DNA of 64,000 nt. It comes from an uncultured Candidatus Saccharibacteria bacterium (GTDB lineage: Bacteria; Patescibacteriota; Minisyncoccia; Phycocordibacterales; CSBR16-119). Made by a program: the position numbers and the translations under genes. Positions 41,077-49,808 of this stretch are shown here, in pieces. The stretch spans positions 19,039-83,038 of the forward strand of contig CAZLAD010000004.1 of the NCBI GenBank assembly GCA_964557535.1, in the 5' to 3' direction. How positions within the stretch are numbered: the stretch's first letter is position 1; the number at the start of each line of letters is the position of its first letter. The notes beneath the pieces are model-generated. The model did no database searches, was not told the origin of the DNA, and saw nothing but the letters and a program-made list of their open reading frames with translations.

Positions 41077-43767
41077 TTATTGATTAAATAGTCTAATTAA
41101 TTCATCAAAGTTTTTTGCCAGATTTTCTTCATATTCTTCTTGTTGTACATATAAAGCCCTATATATAACTCGACTTTGTCGATCATTCACATCCGCACAC
41201 CACTGCTTCAATCGTTCAAACTTGATTTTGTCGTTTTCTTCTTCGCGTCCCTTTGTTTCTATGATGTACACCTGCTTGTCATCAACCTTCACAAAGAAGT
41301 CAGGATAATAAGTCGCAATGAACCCTTCTGCATTTTTATACTCAATACGAAGAGCGGTTGCTTCTTTGTTTTGAAAGTTCTTTGCAAATGAAATGATATC
41401 ATCGCAACCTTCAAGGAAGTTTGCAAATTCAAGCTCAAAGTTACTATCACCCACAATGTGGTTAAAGACAGTCTTTTTAGGATGCGCTAAGAACGCCTTA
41501 TCATTAACAACAAACGGACGTGCTTCACTAATTTTGATATAGTTTTTTATTTCAGTATCTCCTATATCTTGTACGGTCAATTCATTGATATGTTTTTTGA
41601 ATACATCCTTGATGAGTTTTATATACTCAACTTCAGACAAATTGCGGAGCACATTGAGGTCTGCAAGGTCCACAGATTGCTCGAACATATTGTTTGCAAT
41701 AAAATCTTTCACCTTACCGAAAAGAATGTCGTAACAGCTAAATAAGCGCATTTCGCGCATTATTGCTTGAGTAAAGAACCCAACTACACTCTGATAATTT
41801 GGCTCAATGTCACCATTCAAAATGGTAGTGTGATGAACCGATTCAGCAACCACATCTTTGAAGACAATCTCTCGTTTTTCTTGCTCGGAGAATGTCTTTA
41901 TTTTTACCTTCTCGTTTCCGAAAGTAGAAACGTCTAGGTTTGCAAGATTTTTGTATTCTCGTTGTATACGAGCTGTCATTACAGGGAGCTCAATATCAAG
42001 CTTCTCAATGTCTTTCTTTTCGTTTTCCTTATCAACTTCAATGACCATCGGTGATATAGGTTTTGAACCAGTTCCCATCAATCGCTTCTCAAGGAGCACG
42101 CCTTCACCCTTGATACTTTCAACAAAATCCATAAAGGCAGGAGTGCCAATCACGCTCACATATTCATCAATATCATCTCTCCCGAAATACATTCTTCGCA
42201 AACCCCGCCCAAGTGTTTGCTCAGGAAGGATTTTACTATCAGAAGCGTACGGACGAAGCCCTACAATAGTGGTCACATTTTTCACATCCCAACCCTCCTT
42301 GAGCATCATTACTGAAACAATGGCTTTATACGGACTTTCCCAGCTATCGATTTCATTTGATTCTTTTCGAAGTTTATCAAGCTCATCTTTATTTTTTGCT
42401 GTTACACTTTCTGATATTTCTCCTTTCTGGTTTGTATGAATAGTAAGGACAGCGCCTTTAAGTTCTGGATAGTTCATCTCCAAATAATCTGCAACATCAT
42501 CACAGTTTTTGGTGTCATCAGTCATTATAAAAAGAAGTGATTTCTTTCCAGTTGGTTCAAGTCGCTTGAAAGTTTTTCTCCATTCTTCAACTCCAAGGTT
42601 GATATGGTCTCTCCATTTTTCCGTAAAGACTACACTTTGACCTTCTTTGAGTTTTCCCCGACTCGCTTCATCAGGTACAACTGGCTGTTTTACTACTCGT
42701 TGGTGAATTGCTTCAACCAAAGGATAATCAGAAATTGTTTGAACAAAAATTGAGCCTTTACTGTTTTTTGGAGTAGCGGTAACATCAAGCTGAAGTGAAA
42801 GCCCTCCACCTTTTTGTTTGAGTTTGTTATCAATATCACGAATAGATTTGAGCCACGCATTTTCTTCGTGAATATGATGAGCCTCGTCATTGATAACAAT
42901 AAGTTCATCAATATCTCTGACCACCATCCCTAAATCAACCGTACCTTCGTTTGTCTTTGTTACAGGTTTATCGCCAAGGAAGTATTCTGAACTATCTTCA
43001 TCTTCAGCACTATAATCTTTTACATCACTTTCAAATACTCTGTGGATGTTGGTAAGAAATATGTTCCCAGTATCAGAAACGTTCTTAAGATCATCTTGGA
43101 GGTGTAGTGTAATCTGAAAATCGTCCTGCCAGTTTTGACCCATATAACCATTATCAGGAAGAACAGGGTCTTGAAAGAATATCTTGTTGCCTTCAAAGTC
43201 ATTCTTGATACGCTCAAACACGATAACGTTTGGAGCAATGAGTAAGAAGTTCTTTGCTAGATTAGAGCCTTCTTCGTATAGTTCATGGAAATATGCCCAA
43301 GCGACAACAAGGCTCATTACCTTGGTTTTACCAGCTCCTGTGGCCATTTTAACAACAAATCGAAGCCACTCTTCAGTAAACATTTGAGCACTTAAAATCC
43401 CACTTGAATTGTATCTCATTAGATGGTGTTTGTCTCTTACTTTAGCAACCTCATAGAGCCACACAACAGTCTCAATTGCTTCTCTTTGAGAGAAATAATA
43501 TCGGAAATTATAGGAAAAACCGTCCTGATTGTAGAGGATGTGTTCTTCCTTGAACCACCACGTCAAAAGGGCTTTTGAGGTCTCACTTGCTCCTTCATAG
43601 TTATTATCCCGCCACGATTTAACTTGTCTTCTAAGTTCAGCGACCAGAGGAGGAATTAATCTCTCATAATCAGCTGTATTTCTTAAATCCTCAGTAGCAG
43701 GAAACCACCTGATTTCAGGGTTGAGAATTGCATATGGGTCTTTTGGAAAATCTTTGTGTAGTGCCAT
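41077..43767 (-). CDS. res: Type III restriction enzyme Res subunit (SF2 helicase + C-terminal PD-(D/E)xK nuclease)
   Basis: 896 aa. Walker A TGAGKT, DEAHH box (INDEAHHI), motif VI QTLGRGLRR, C-terminal YYPDFFVKV...ETKGRE nuclease core. Confidence 0.9.
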   Translation of the reverse strand: MALHKDFPKDPYAILNPEIRWFPATEDLRNTADYERLIPPLVAELRRQVKSWRDNNYEGASETSKALLTWWFKEEHILYNQDGFSYNFRYYFSQREAIETVVWLYEVAKVRDKHHLMRYNSSGILSAQMFTEEWLRFVVKMATGAGKTKVMSLVVAWAYFHELYEEGSNLAKNFLLIAPNVIVFERIKNDFEGNKIFFQDPVLPDNGYMGQNWQDDFQITLHLQDDLKNVSDTGNIFLTNIHRVFESDVKDYSAEDEDSSEYFLGDKPVTKTNEGTVDLGMVVRDIDELIVINDEAHHIHEENAWLKSIRDIDNKLKQKGGGLSLQLDVTATPKNSKGSIFVQTISDYPLVEAIHQRVVKQPVVPDEASRGKLKEGQSVVFTEKWRDHINLGVEEWRKTFKRLEPTGKKSLLFIMTDDTKNCDDVADYLEMNYPELKGAVLTIHTNQKGEISESVTAKNKDELDKLRKESNEIDSWESPYKAIVSVMMLKEGWDVKNVTTIVGLRPYASDSKILPEQTLGRGLRRMYFGRDDIDEYVSVIGTPAFMDFVESIKGEGVLLEKRLMGTGSKPISPMVIEVDKENEKKDIEKLDIELPVMTARIQREYKNLANLDVSTFGNEKVKIKTFSEQEKREIVFKDVVAESVHHTTILNGDIEPNYQSVVGFFTQAIMREMRLFSCYDILFGKVKDFIANNMFEQSVDLADLNVLRNLSEVEYIKLIKDVFKKHINELTVQDIGDTEIKNYIKISEARPFVVNDKAFLAHPKKTVFNHIVGDSNFELEFANFLEGCDDIISFAKNFQNKEATALRIEYKNAEGFIATYYPDFFVKVDDKQVYIIETKGREEENDKIKFERLKQWCADVNDRQSRVIYRALYVQQEEYEENLAKNFDELIRLFNQ

Positions 43768-43771
43768 AAAA

Positions 43772-44725
43772 TTAAAACGGATTTTCGGCGAATAATTCTT
43801 GTTTTCTTTTTAAAACCTGTTCATTAACAGCAAATCCTTTACTTAATAATTCCTCTCCTAACCAATGATAACCAGATATTTCTTTGAATTGATTATTAAC
43901 AGTTGATTCAATATAAAAATGCTCCCAATCTTCCAACTGAAGTTTTCCATTTTTAAACAATTCATTAAAAAATGTTTTACCTGAACTAGACTCAATAATC
44001 TGATTATACATACCACCATTTTTAAGAGAGTTAACAAGTATTTTTTTCTGGTTTTCTATACTTATTGATTCTAAATTTTTTTCTAAAAACTTAAGCGGCG
44101 CCTTCGCAGCCTCAAAACTTGGTATGGTTGGCAAGCTATCAATTAATTTTGCAATTAGAAAATCCTTGTCATCATTAGATAAGCTAATTTCCCCAGAATA
44201 AAATTTAGAAAAATCTGTTGGGGAGATATATGTATTTCTATGTTCTTCTTGTAATTTTTGGAAAATTACACATATTTCTCTTAAGAAATTTACTATGTCA
44301 TTTTCTTGATTAGCTAGAGTTGGATCACAAACATGGCCAGCAGTATGACGATCTTGTTTTAAGCTTTTTAATTTTTTTAAAAAATTACTATCGATGGGAT
44401 AAAGAATGTTTAGAAAATTTATAACCTCATCATCATCGAGCTGGTTATATGCATACAAATTTTTTTTATCATATTTTGCTATATCATATTTTTCAGCCTT
44501 AAAAATAGTGTTCCATTTTTGAGTAAAAACATCTTCATCGATTATATACCGTACCTGTTGTATCTTTTCATAAACAAAAAGCATAAAAAGTTTCCAAAAT
44601 AAAATTACAGAAAAATCAAAAATCTTGTTTTCTAGTGAGCCATCAAGCTGGCTACCGTAATTAGAATAGTTAATTATCAATCTTGGCAAATTTTCTATTT
44701 TCTGTTTAAAGTCTTCGTTAATCAT
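43772..44725 (-). CDS. Hypothetical protein embedded between mod and res; candidate HEPN-like (Rx4H) domain protein. The Abi_2/DUF4145-like assignment is tentative.
   Basis: 317-aa ORF. Its ATG overlaps the mod stop (ATGA at 44722-44725) and its stop lies 4 nt before the res start. The only motif I can recognise is LKQDRHTAGH (R-x4-H). It is the most AT-rich gene in the window. Confidence 0.6.
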   Translation of the reverse strand: MINEDFKQKIENLPRLIINYSNYGSQLDGSLENKIFDFSVILFWKLFMLFVYEKIQQVRYIIDEDVFTQKWNTIFKAEKYDIAKYDKKNLYAYNQLDDDEVINFLNILYPIDSNFLKKLKSLKQDRHTAGHVCDPTLANQENDIVNFLREICVIFQKLQEEHRNTYISPTDFSKFYSGEISLSNDDKDFLIAKLIDSLPTIPSFEAAKAPLKFLEKNLESISIENQKKILVNSLKNGGMYNQIIESSSGKTFFNELFKNGKLQLEDWEHFYIESTVNNQFKEISGYHWLGEELLSKGFAVNEQVLKRKQELFAENPF

Positions 44726-46836
44726 AACTTTACATCAATTACTCTGGTAGTGTCGTTTCCGAATATGTCTACGACCTTTATTGCAATCTTGTAGTCTCCT
44801 TTGGGAAGCTCTTTGGGAGCAGAGACCAGTTCAAGATTTCTATTCTTCTTAGTACGGAATGTTTGCCATTCGTTATCGAAGATATAGTCTCCAGTCCAGA
44901 CTTCTTTCTCTTCACCATCCTCAATAACCTTGATGATTTCCTTACGGTCCGTAAAGTTATAATCAACCGCCCAGTAATCAATCCAGTCACTCCATTTCTT
45001 TGTGAGTTGCTCCGGTGGATTACTATTCCCTTCTTTATCAGTGGTTACTTTCCAGATTTGTCCTTGATCTACAATAATTTTTGTTTTATTTTTTTGACCT
45101 GTCAAATCCTCTACTACACTATCTAAAACATTTTGTGAGTAAAATACAGAGAAATCAGTGAGCTCAATTGAAAGCTCTTTCATATTTCCACGTCCAGAAA
45201 TAATTGGTTTGATGTCGATATATGCAACATCATAGAAGTTCACGTGACCACGCTCTACAGCTCGTTTATCGAATACTTCACGAGGAATAATCTTGAAAGC
45301 AACATCAATACCTTCGTCAGCGTATTCACTGAAGTTCATTCCCATTTCGTAGTCAAAGCCGAGAACATCAATCTTAGTGAGATTTTTGCTCTTACATTCA
45401 TCAACAATCTCACGAATAAACTTTGAAGATACAGGGAGGTTGATTGGACCCACCGCAACCAAACGGTCACGCTTTTTACCTACAATATGAGCGAAGCTTT
45501 CTACGGCTTCTGCTTTGTATGCAGAAAGAATAAGTTTGATAAAATCTTTCTCTTTTCGTTCTGCTTGTTTTGCTTTTTCTTCAGCTCGCAAGTCATCGTT
45601 GGTAGTGAGGAAGCTTTCTCGTTCATATTTACCGATGTTCAAAATCTCAAAAGCACGGAAGTCTTTTCCAGCTTTTTTGAGTTCACGCTGAACACCCACC
45701 ATTCGCTTTCGTGATGTATGAATACCAAACTTTCCAAGGTCTGTACCAATCCACTTACGACCAAGCTTTTCTGCAACAGCTAAAGTTGTACCTGAGCCAC
45801 AGAAGAAATCAGCAACTAAATCACCTTGATTAGAAGATGCACTGATAATTCGTTCAAGAAATGCTTCAGGCTTTTGTGTTGGATACTTTACTGCTTCATC
45901 GTGACTAGATACTACAATGTTGAACTCAAAAACATCTGTTGCAGGTTTTCCTTGTTCATTCATATAGGTGTTATAGACCCTACCGTCTGACATTCTGTTT
46001 TCTTTGTACCTACGACCATTTTCATCAACTTTATTGAAACGAGCGAGAGTTGCTTCAGCAAACTCTTCAAACTGCTGATTGAATTGATAATTTTCAGATT
46101 TTGAATAAAAGAAAACAGTATCGTGCTTTCTTGCAAAAAAACGAGTTGAGCTTGCACCTCCGCTATATTTCCAAATAATTTCATTTCTGAAATTATCCTT
46201 ACCAAAAATCTCATCAAGAACCAATCTTATATGTCCTGAAAGTCTCCAGTCACAATGAACATAAATACTTCCATCTTCAGCAAGTAATGAGTGCATCAGC
46301 TTGATACGCTCATAAATCATCGCAATAAAACTATCTGCACCTTTACCCCAAGTGTCTCTATATGCGATTTCTTCAATTACAGATGGTTTTTTAGTGAAGC
46401 TCTCGGCATCTCCACCATCACCAATTTCTATATCCATTGAGAAGTCAGCCCCAACGTCAAACGGTGGGTCGATATAGATGAGCTTGAGCCCACCTTGAGC
46501 CTCAATCTCTTTACGCATAGGACCATTCTTGAGGGATGAGAGGATGAGTTTGTTATCTCCCCAAATGAGCTTATTGGTCCAACCAGTTATTTGTTTACCA
46601 GAGAAATCAAAGAGAGTTCCTTTATCTCCAAACTCTTTACCTTCACGAGGTTCATCAATCTGCTCGATTACTTGGAATGGAAGAACTACGTTAGTGACTT
46701 CGTTAGACTTTCCATTCCAAACAAGCTCAACTTCACGGTCATCTTTGAAGAGCAGGAAGCGATATTTCTCTGGGAGAGGTTTACCAGCTTCTAGGTATTT
46801 TATGATGTCTCGTTTTTCTGAATCCGTAAGTTTCAT
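44722..46836 (-). CDS. mod: Type III R-M Mod subunit (beta-class N6-adenine methyltransferase with a long C-terminal extension)
   Basis: 704 aa. DPPF (IYIDPPFDVG) precedes the AdoMet motif FFCGSGTT, which is the beta-class order. Confidence 0.9.
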   Translation of the reverse strand: MKLTDSEKRDIIKYLEAGKPLPEKYRFLLFKDDREVELVWNGKSNEVTNVVLPFQVIEQIDEPREGKEFGDKGTLFDFSGKQITGWTNKLIWGDNKLILSSLKNGPMRKEIEAQGGLKLIYIDPPFDVGADFSMDIEIGDGGDAESFTKKPSVIEEIAYRDTWGKGADSFIAMIYERIKLMHSLLAEDGSIYVHCDWRLSGHIRLVLDEIFGKDNFRNEIIWKYSGGASSTRFFARKHDTVFFYSKSENYQFNQQFEEFAEATLARFNKVDENGRRYKENRMSDGRVYNTYMNEQGKPATDVFEFNIVVSSHDEAVKYPTQKPEAFLERIISASSNQGDLVADFFCGSGTTLAVAEKLGRKWIGTDLGKFGIHTSRKRMVGVQRELKKAGKDFRAFEILNIGKYERESFLTTNDDLRAEEKAKQAERKEKDFIKLILSAYKAEAVESFAHIVGKKRDRLVAVGPINLPVSSKFIREIVDECKSKNLTKIDVLGFDYEMGMNFSEYADEGIDVAFKIIPREVFDKRAVERGHVNFYDVAYIDIKPIISGRGNMKELSIELTDFSVFYSQNVLDSVVEDLTGQKNKTKIIVDQGQIWKVTTDKEGNSNPPEQLTKKWSDWIDYWAVDYNFTDRKEIIKVIEDGEEKEVWTGDYIFDNEWQTFRTKKNRNLELVSAPKELPKGDYKIAIKVVDIFGNDTTRVIDVKL

Positions 46837-46883
46837 TACTTAGATAATGCCTTAAATGGGTGGTTTTTACAAGAAACGAAAAA

Positions 46884-46907
46884 CCCGGGAGCGCACGCGC
46901 TCCCGGG
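46884..46907. repeat. Perfect hairpin CCCGGGAGCGC-ac-GCGCTCCCGGG in the mod upstream region
   Basis: 11-bp GC stem preceded by AAACGAAAAA. Confidence 0.6.
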
Positions 46908-47208
46908 GCGGATGGCTGGATTTTTCCCGGTCCTGTTCTGAGCGTACAAGGACGATCAGAACGTAGGCTCTCTTATTCCTTTTCGCTCGCCACTACTCAG
47001 GGGGTCCGTCGTCGCCTTGGAATGCATTACTGCCCCAACTAGCTGTTGGCCACCGTCCTAAACGCTTGTTAGTCAAAATCTGAATTACTTTCTTTTTAAA
47101 TTTCTCACATCTTCAATATTGTTATTTCTCCGCATATGCGAACTCATAACAATACAGTTTTATTTATTCTTTTTGTACTCCTCCAAACTTTTTAAATGAA
47201 ACGAAAAA

Positions 47209-47239
47209 GCCCCCGCCGGTTTTGCAACCTAGCGGGGAC
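47209..47239 (-). terminator. Terminator for the 47266..47751 gene: interrupted stem CCCCGC..GGTT-GCAA-AACC..GCGGGG (GNRA tetraloop) plus T-run on the minus strand
   Basis: The minus-strand reading gives a stem followed by CTTTTTCGTTTC. Confidence 0.55.
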
Positions 47240-47265
47240 TTGAACAAAGACCGAAAGTGGTGGAA

Positions 47266-47751
47266 TCAATTGAGCCACCACCGACCGTTCTTGCGATCTG
47301 CATCACCAGTGCTCGACGGGCTATCGGTGTCGGTGTCGCGCTTCATGCTATAGAAAGCGCGTCTCATCGTCTCCGAATACAATACGAGGATCGGGACCTT
47401 GTTGGATCCACCACCAGCTGTGACGTGACCACGCAGTACCCAGTTCTTGCTACCGAAGGTGACGAAGTGGAGCATCTCGTACATAATCCGAGGGAAAGCT
47501 TGGCTCCAATAGTTCTCCCCTTTTACCGGAGGACGACCAAAGCGAGAGTTGAAGAGATTCTCTTCTTCTGTTTCAACCACGCCAGCACCTTCAATGTACA
47601 GATTCATCCTCGCATCATCACCGGTGTTGAGTTTGACCGTGGCCGAAACTTCGATCTTGGGCAAAACACCTTTTTCCGCAAGATCCCACATGTGAGGATC
47701 AAAATCCACTTTCATCACGCCTTCCGAGAGGACGAACTTTTTCTTCTGCAT
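47266..47751 (-). CDS. Hypothetical protein, GC-richer
   Basis: 161-aa ORF with its own terminator. No family recognised. Confidence 0.5.
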   Translation of the reverse strand: MQKKKFVLSEGVMKVDFDPHMWDLAEKGVLPKIEVSATVKLNTGDDARMNLYIEGAGVVETEEENLFNSRFGRPPVKGENYWSQAFPRIMYEMLHFVTFGSKNWVLRGHVTAGGGSNKVPILVLYSETMRRAFYSMKRDTDTDSPSSTGDADRKNGRWWLN

Positions 47752-47827
47752 CTGTGTGTGGGTTTTATTCTGCTTTTATTATATATACTTTTATAATTCT
47801 GTCAATATACACAACTATAACGAACGA

Positions 47828-48493
47828 TTATTTCCCCTTCTTGTACTCCTCCAAATCTTTGTGGTTGCCGGAGAGGAAGACTTTTGGGACTTTGTGTCTT
47901 TTGCCCTTATGTTCGTAAATTTCTGGGCGGGTATACATTTCCCCGCTTGAGACGCGTGATTCTTCGAGTGATTCGATTTTCCCAAGCACTCCTGGGATCT
48001 GACGTGAGACGGTGTCGATCACAATCATCGCTGGGATTTCTCCGCCGGTCAGGACATAATCGCCGACAGACAATTCTTGCGCTTTTGTGATTTTCTTCAC
48101 GCGCGCGTCGATGCCCTCGTAGCGTCCACAAATCAAAATCAAATCCGTGTATTTTTTCGCCGAAGTTTTCGCGTATTCTGTCGTGAGTTTTTTACCCCCC
48201 GGCGCAAAGATGATTGTCTTTGGCTTTTCTAAATTCTTGCTCGCTTTTTCCCACGCGCGAATAATCGGATCAGCGATCATCACCATCCCCGGACCTCCGC
48301 CGTAAGGTCTGTCGTCGATTTTCGACGAAATATTTCCATCTGGCCAGACTTTGCGGAGTTTGCCACGCACAAAATCCCGCGGGTTATAAAACTTCACTTT
48401 TATCTTCTTCTCCTTGATCGCCCGCGCCAAAATAGACTCGGATAAATAAGCCTCTACAACGCTTGGAAATAATGTAATTACATGAAAATTCAT
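47828..48493 (-). CDS. trmD: tRNA (guanine37-N1)-methyltransferase
   Basis: 221 aa. ITLFP...GPGMVM, LICGRYEGIDARV, GEIPA SPOUT-knot motifs. Confidence 0.95.
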   Translation of the reverse strand: MNFHVITLFPSVVEAYLSESILARAIKEKKIKVKFYNPRDFVRGKLRKVWPDGNISSKIDDRPYGGGPGMVMIADPIIRAWEKASKNLEKPKTIIFAPGGKKLTTEYAKTSAKKYTDLILICGRYEGIDARVKKITKAQELSVGDYVLTGGEIPAMIVIDTVSRQIPGVLGKIESLEESRVSSGEMYTRPEIYEHKGKRHKVPKVFLSGNHKDLEEYKKGK

Positions 48494-48636
48494 ACTTGAA
48501 AATTGTACTTGCCCGTCCGAAGCTTTAGCGAAGGCGGGATGATGTGAAATATCATTGAATAGCCGTTAGCTGTTGGCCATTAGCCTTTAGCGAAACGTTA
48601 TTAAAGATTATATTTTTTAGGAAAAATTGCAATGAA

Positions 48637-48660
48637 GAAGCCCCGGGCGAACCGGGGCTC
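48637..48660 (-). terminator. Hairpin GAAGCCCCGG-gcgaa-CCGGGGCTC 3' of the 48681..49148 gene
   Basis: GC stem with AT-rich flanks. Confidence 0.55.
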
Positions 48661-48680
48661 CACACTGAATGATCAGTCGG

Positions 48681-49148
48681 TCACTGCTTCTTCCTCCACG
48701 CCGGGCCTTTTTCCCTAGAGACGAACACGCGTCCGTCATTTAGGGTATCGATGACCTCTAAGTATACGATACGACCTGTGGGGTCGTATTCGTAACCTTC
48801 CAGCGGAGAAGCCTCTCTGATGGAGTCTTGCCGGCGCTCTTCGACGAGCGCCTTTTCGACCTCCAGCCGAATCATCTCCTCGACGGAGATGGTCGCGACA
48901 GAATCAGTCGCGGTGCTGTCCGAGGCGGCAGTCTCGGCAGAGGTGCCGTCCTGACCTTCGTCGGTCGAAGACCAGAACTTCCAGGAGTCTGGGTAGAAAT
49001 TCCAGGAAGACGGCCAGTAGGTGTAGGCGACCACCAAGACGATCCCTACGAGGATCAACTTGACGGCCTTCCACACGCTAGCCGAATTCTGGGAAGACCA
49101 CTCCCGGATTCGTCCCCACCTTGTGGTGTAATCAGCGGTACGTTGCAT
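48681..49148 (-). CDS. Hypothetical membrane-anchored protein (GC-rich) occupying the position where rimM normally sits
   Basis: 155 aa. TM LILVGIVLVVAYTYW. Not PRC-barrel-like by eye. Confidence 0.5.
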   Translation of the reverse strand: MQRTADYTTRWGRIREWSSQNSASVWKAVKLILVGIVLVVAYTYWPSSWNFYPDSWKFWSSTDEGQDGTSAETAASDSTATDSVATISVEEMIRLEVEKALVEERRQDSIREASPLEGYEYDPTGRIVYLEVIDTLNDGRVFVSREKGPAWRKKQ

Positions 49149-49295
49149 GTTGGTGTGTTTGTGTTAGGTGCTAGTGCTGTCGGTCGAATCATAGCATAAT
49201 CAATGCCCTCTGTCAAGTAACAAGACTTCCCCAACAAACTAGCAAAAACCACCCAGAAATGGGTGGTTTTTGCTAGTTTACGTACTACGTACTTA

Positions 49296-49622
49296 TTAAA
49301 TTCCTTTTAGATCTTCCATCGTCTGGTCAACATCAGCAGATGCTACTGGTGTGCCCATTCCGGCTGGTTTGACATATCCTTCTGGTTCTTCGATTTTCAA
49401 GTTTACACGTGAATTGTTCTTCATACCGATGACTCGTAGAAGTGTACGCATAGCTTTCGCTGTGTTTCCTTGTCGGCCGATGATTTTGCCCATGTCTTCG
49501 CCATTTACTGACAAAGTTAGAAGCACTCCCATTTCGTCAACTTTTCTGTCGAGCTTTACATCATTTGGATGGTCTACTAATGCCTTTACTACATACTCTA
49601 GAAATTCCTGATCTCTTTCCAT
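49296..49622 (-). CDS. KH-domain RNA-binding protein (KhpA/YlqC-like); start at MERDQEF
   Basis: VDHPNDVKL...LSV...DMGKIIGRQGNTAKAMRTLL is the KH fold signature. Conserved position after rpsP. Confidence 0.8.
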   Translation of the reverse strand: MERDQEFLEYVVKALVDHPNDVKLDRKVDEMGVLLTLSVNGEDMGKIIGRQGNTAKAMRTLLRVIGMKNNSRVNLKIEEPEGYVKPAGMGTPVASADVDQTMEDLKGI

Positions 49623-49719
49623 AATTATCTGTCTACTATTTTCTAATGAACGCAGTTCTCTGACTAAGAAAACCTGCTGTGTACATTGTACCACGATTAA
49701 ATGAAAACAAAAAGCAGTA

Positions 49720-49797
49720 GCCGGCGAGGTTCGTTTGATTTCCGACCGTTTGGTTGGGTTAGGTTTGGAGGGAGTAAAGCAAATGAACCGAGCCGGC
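49720..49797 (+). ncRNA. Copy A of a repeated ~80-nt structured element (outer GC stem, tandem G.A, inner stem, G-rich interior), followed by TTTTT
   Basis: GCCGGC-GA-GGTTC ... GAACC-GA-GCCGGC closing helix. Internal GACC-GTTT-GGTT hairpin. Homologous to 60938-61022. Confidence 0.45.
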
Positions 49798-49808
49798 TTT
49801 TTAAATTA

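Noticed and set aside
47225-47245. GGGGACTTGAAC looked like the reverse complement of a tRNA T-arm (GGTTCAAGTCC)
   Set aside because: The flanking sequence cannot form a T-stem or an acceptor stem. It is part of the interrupted-stem terminator instead.
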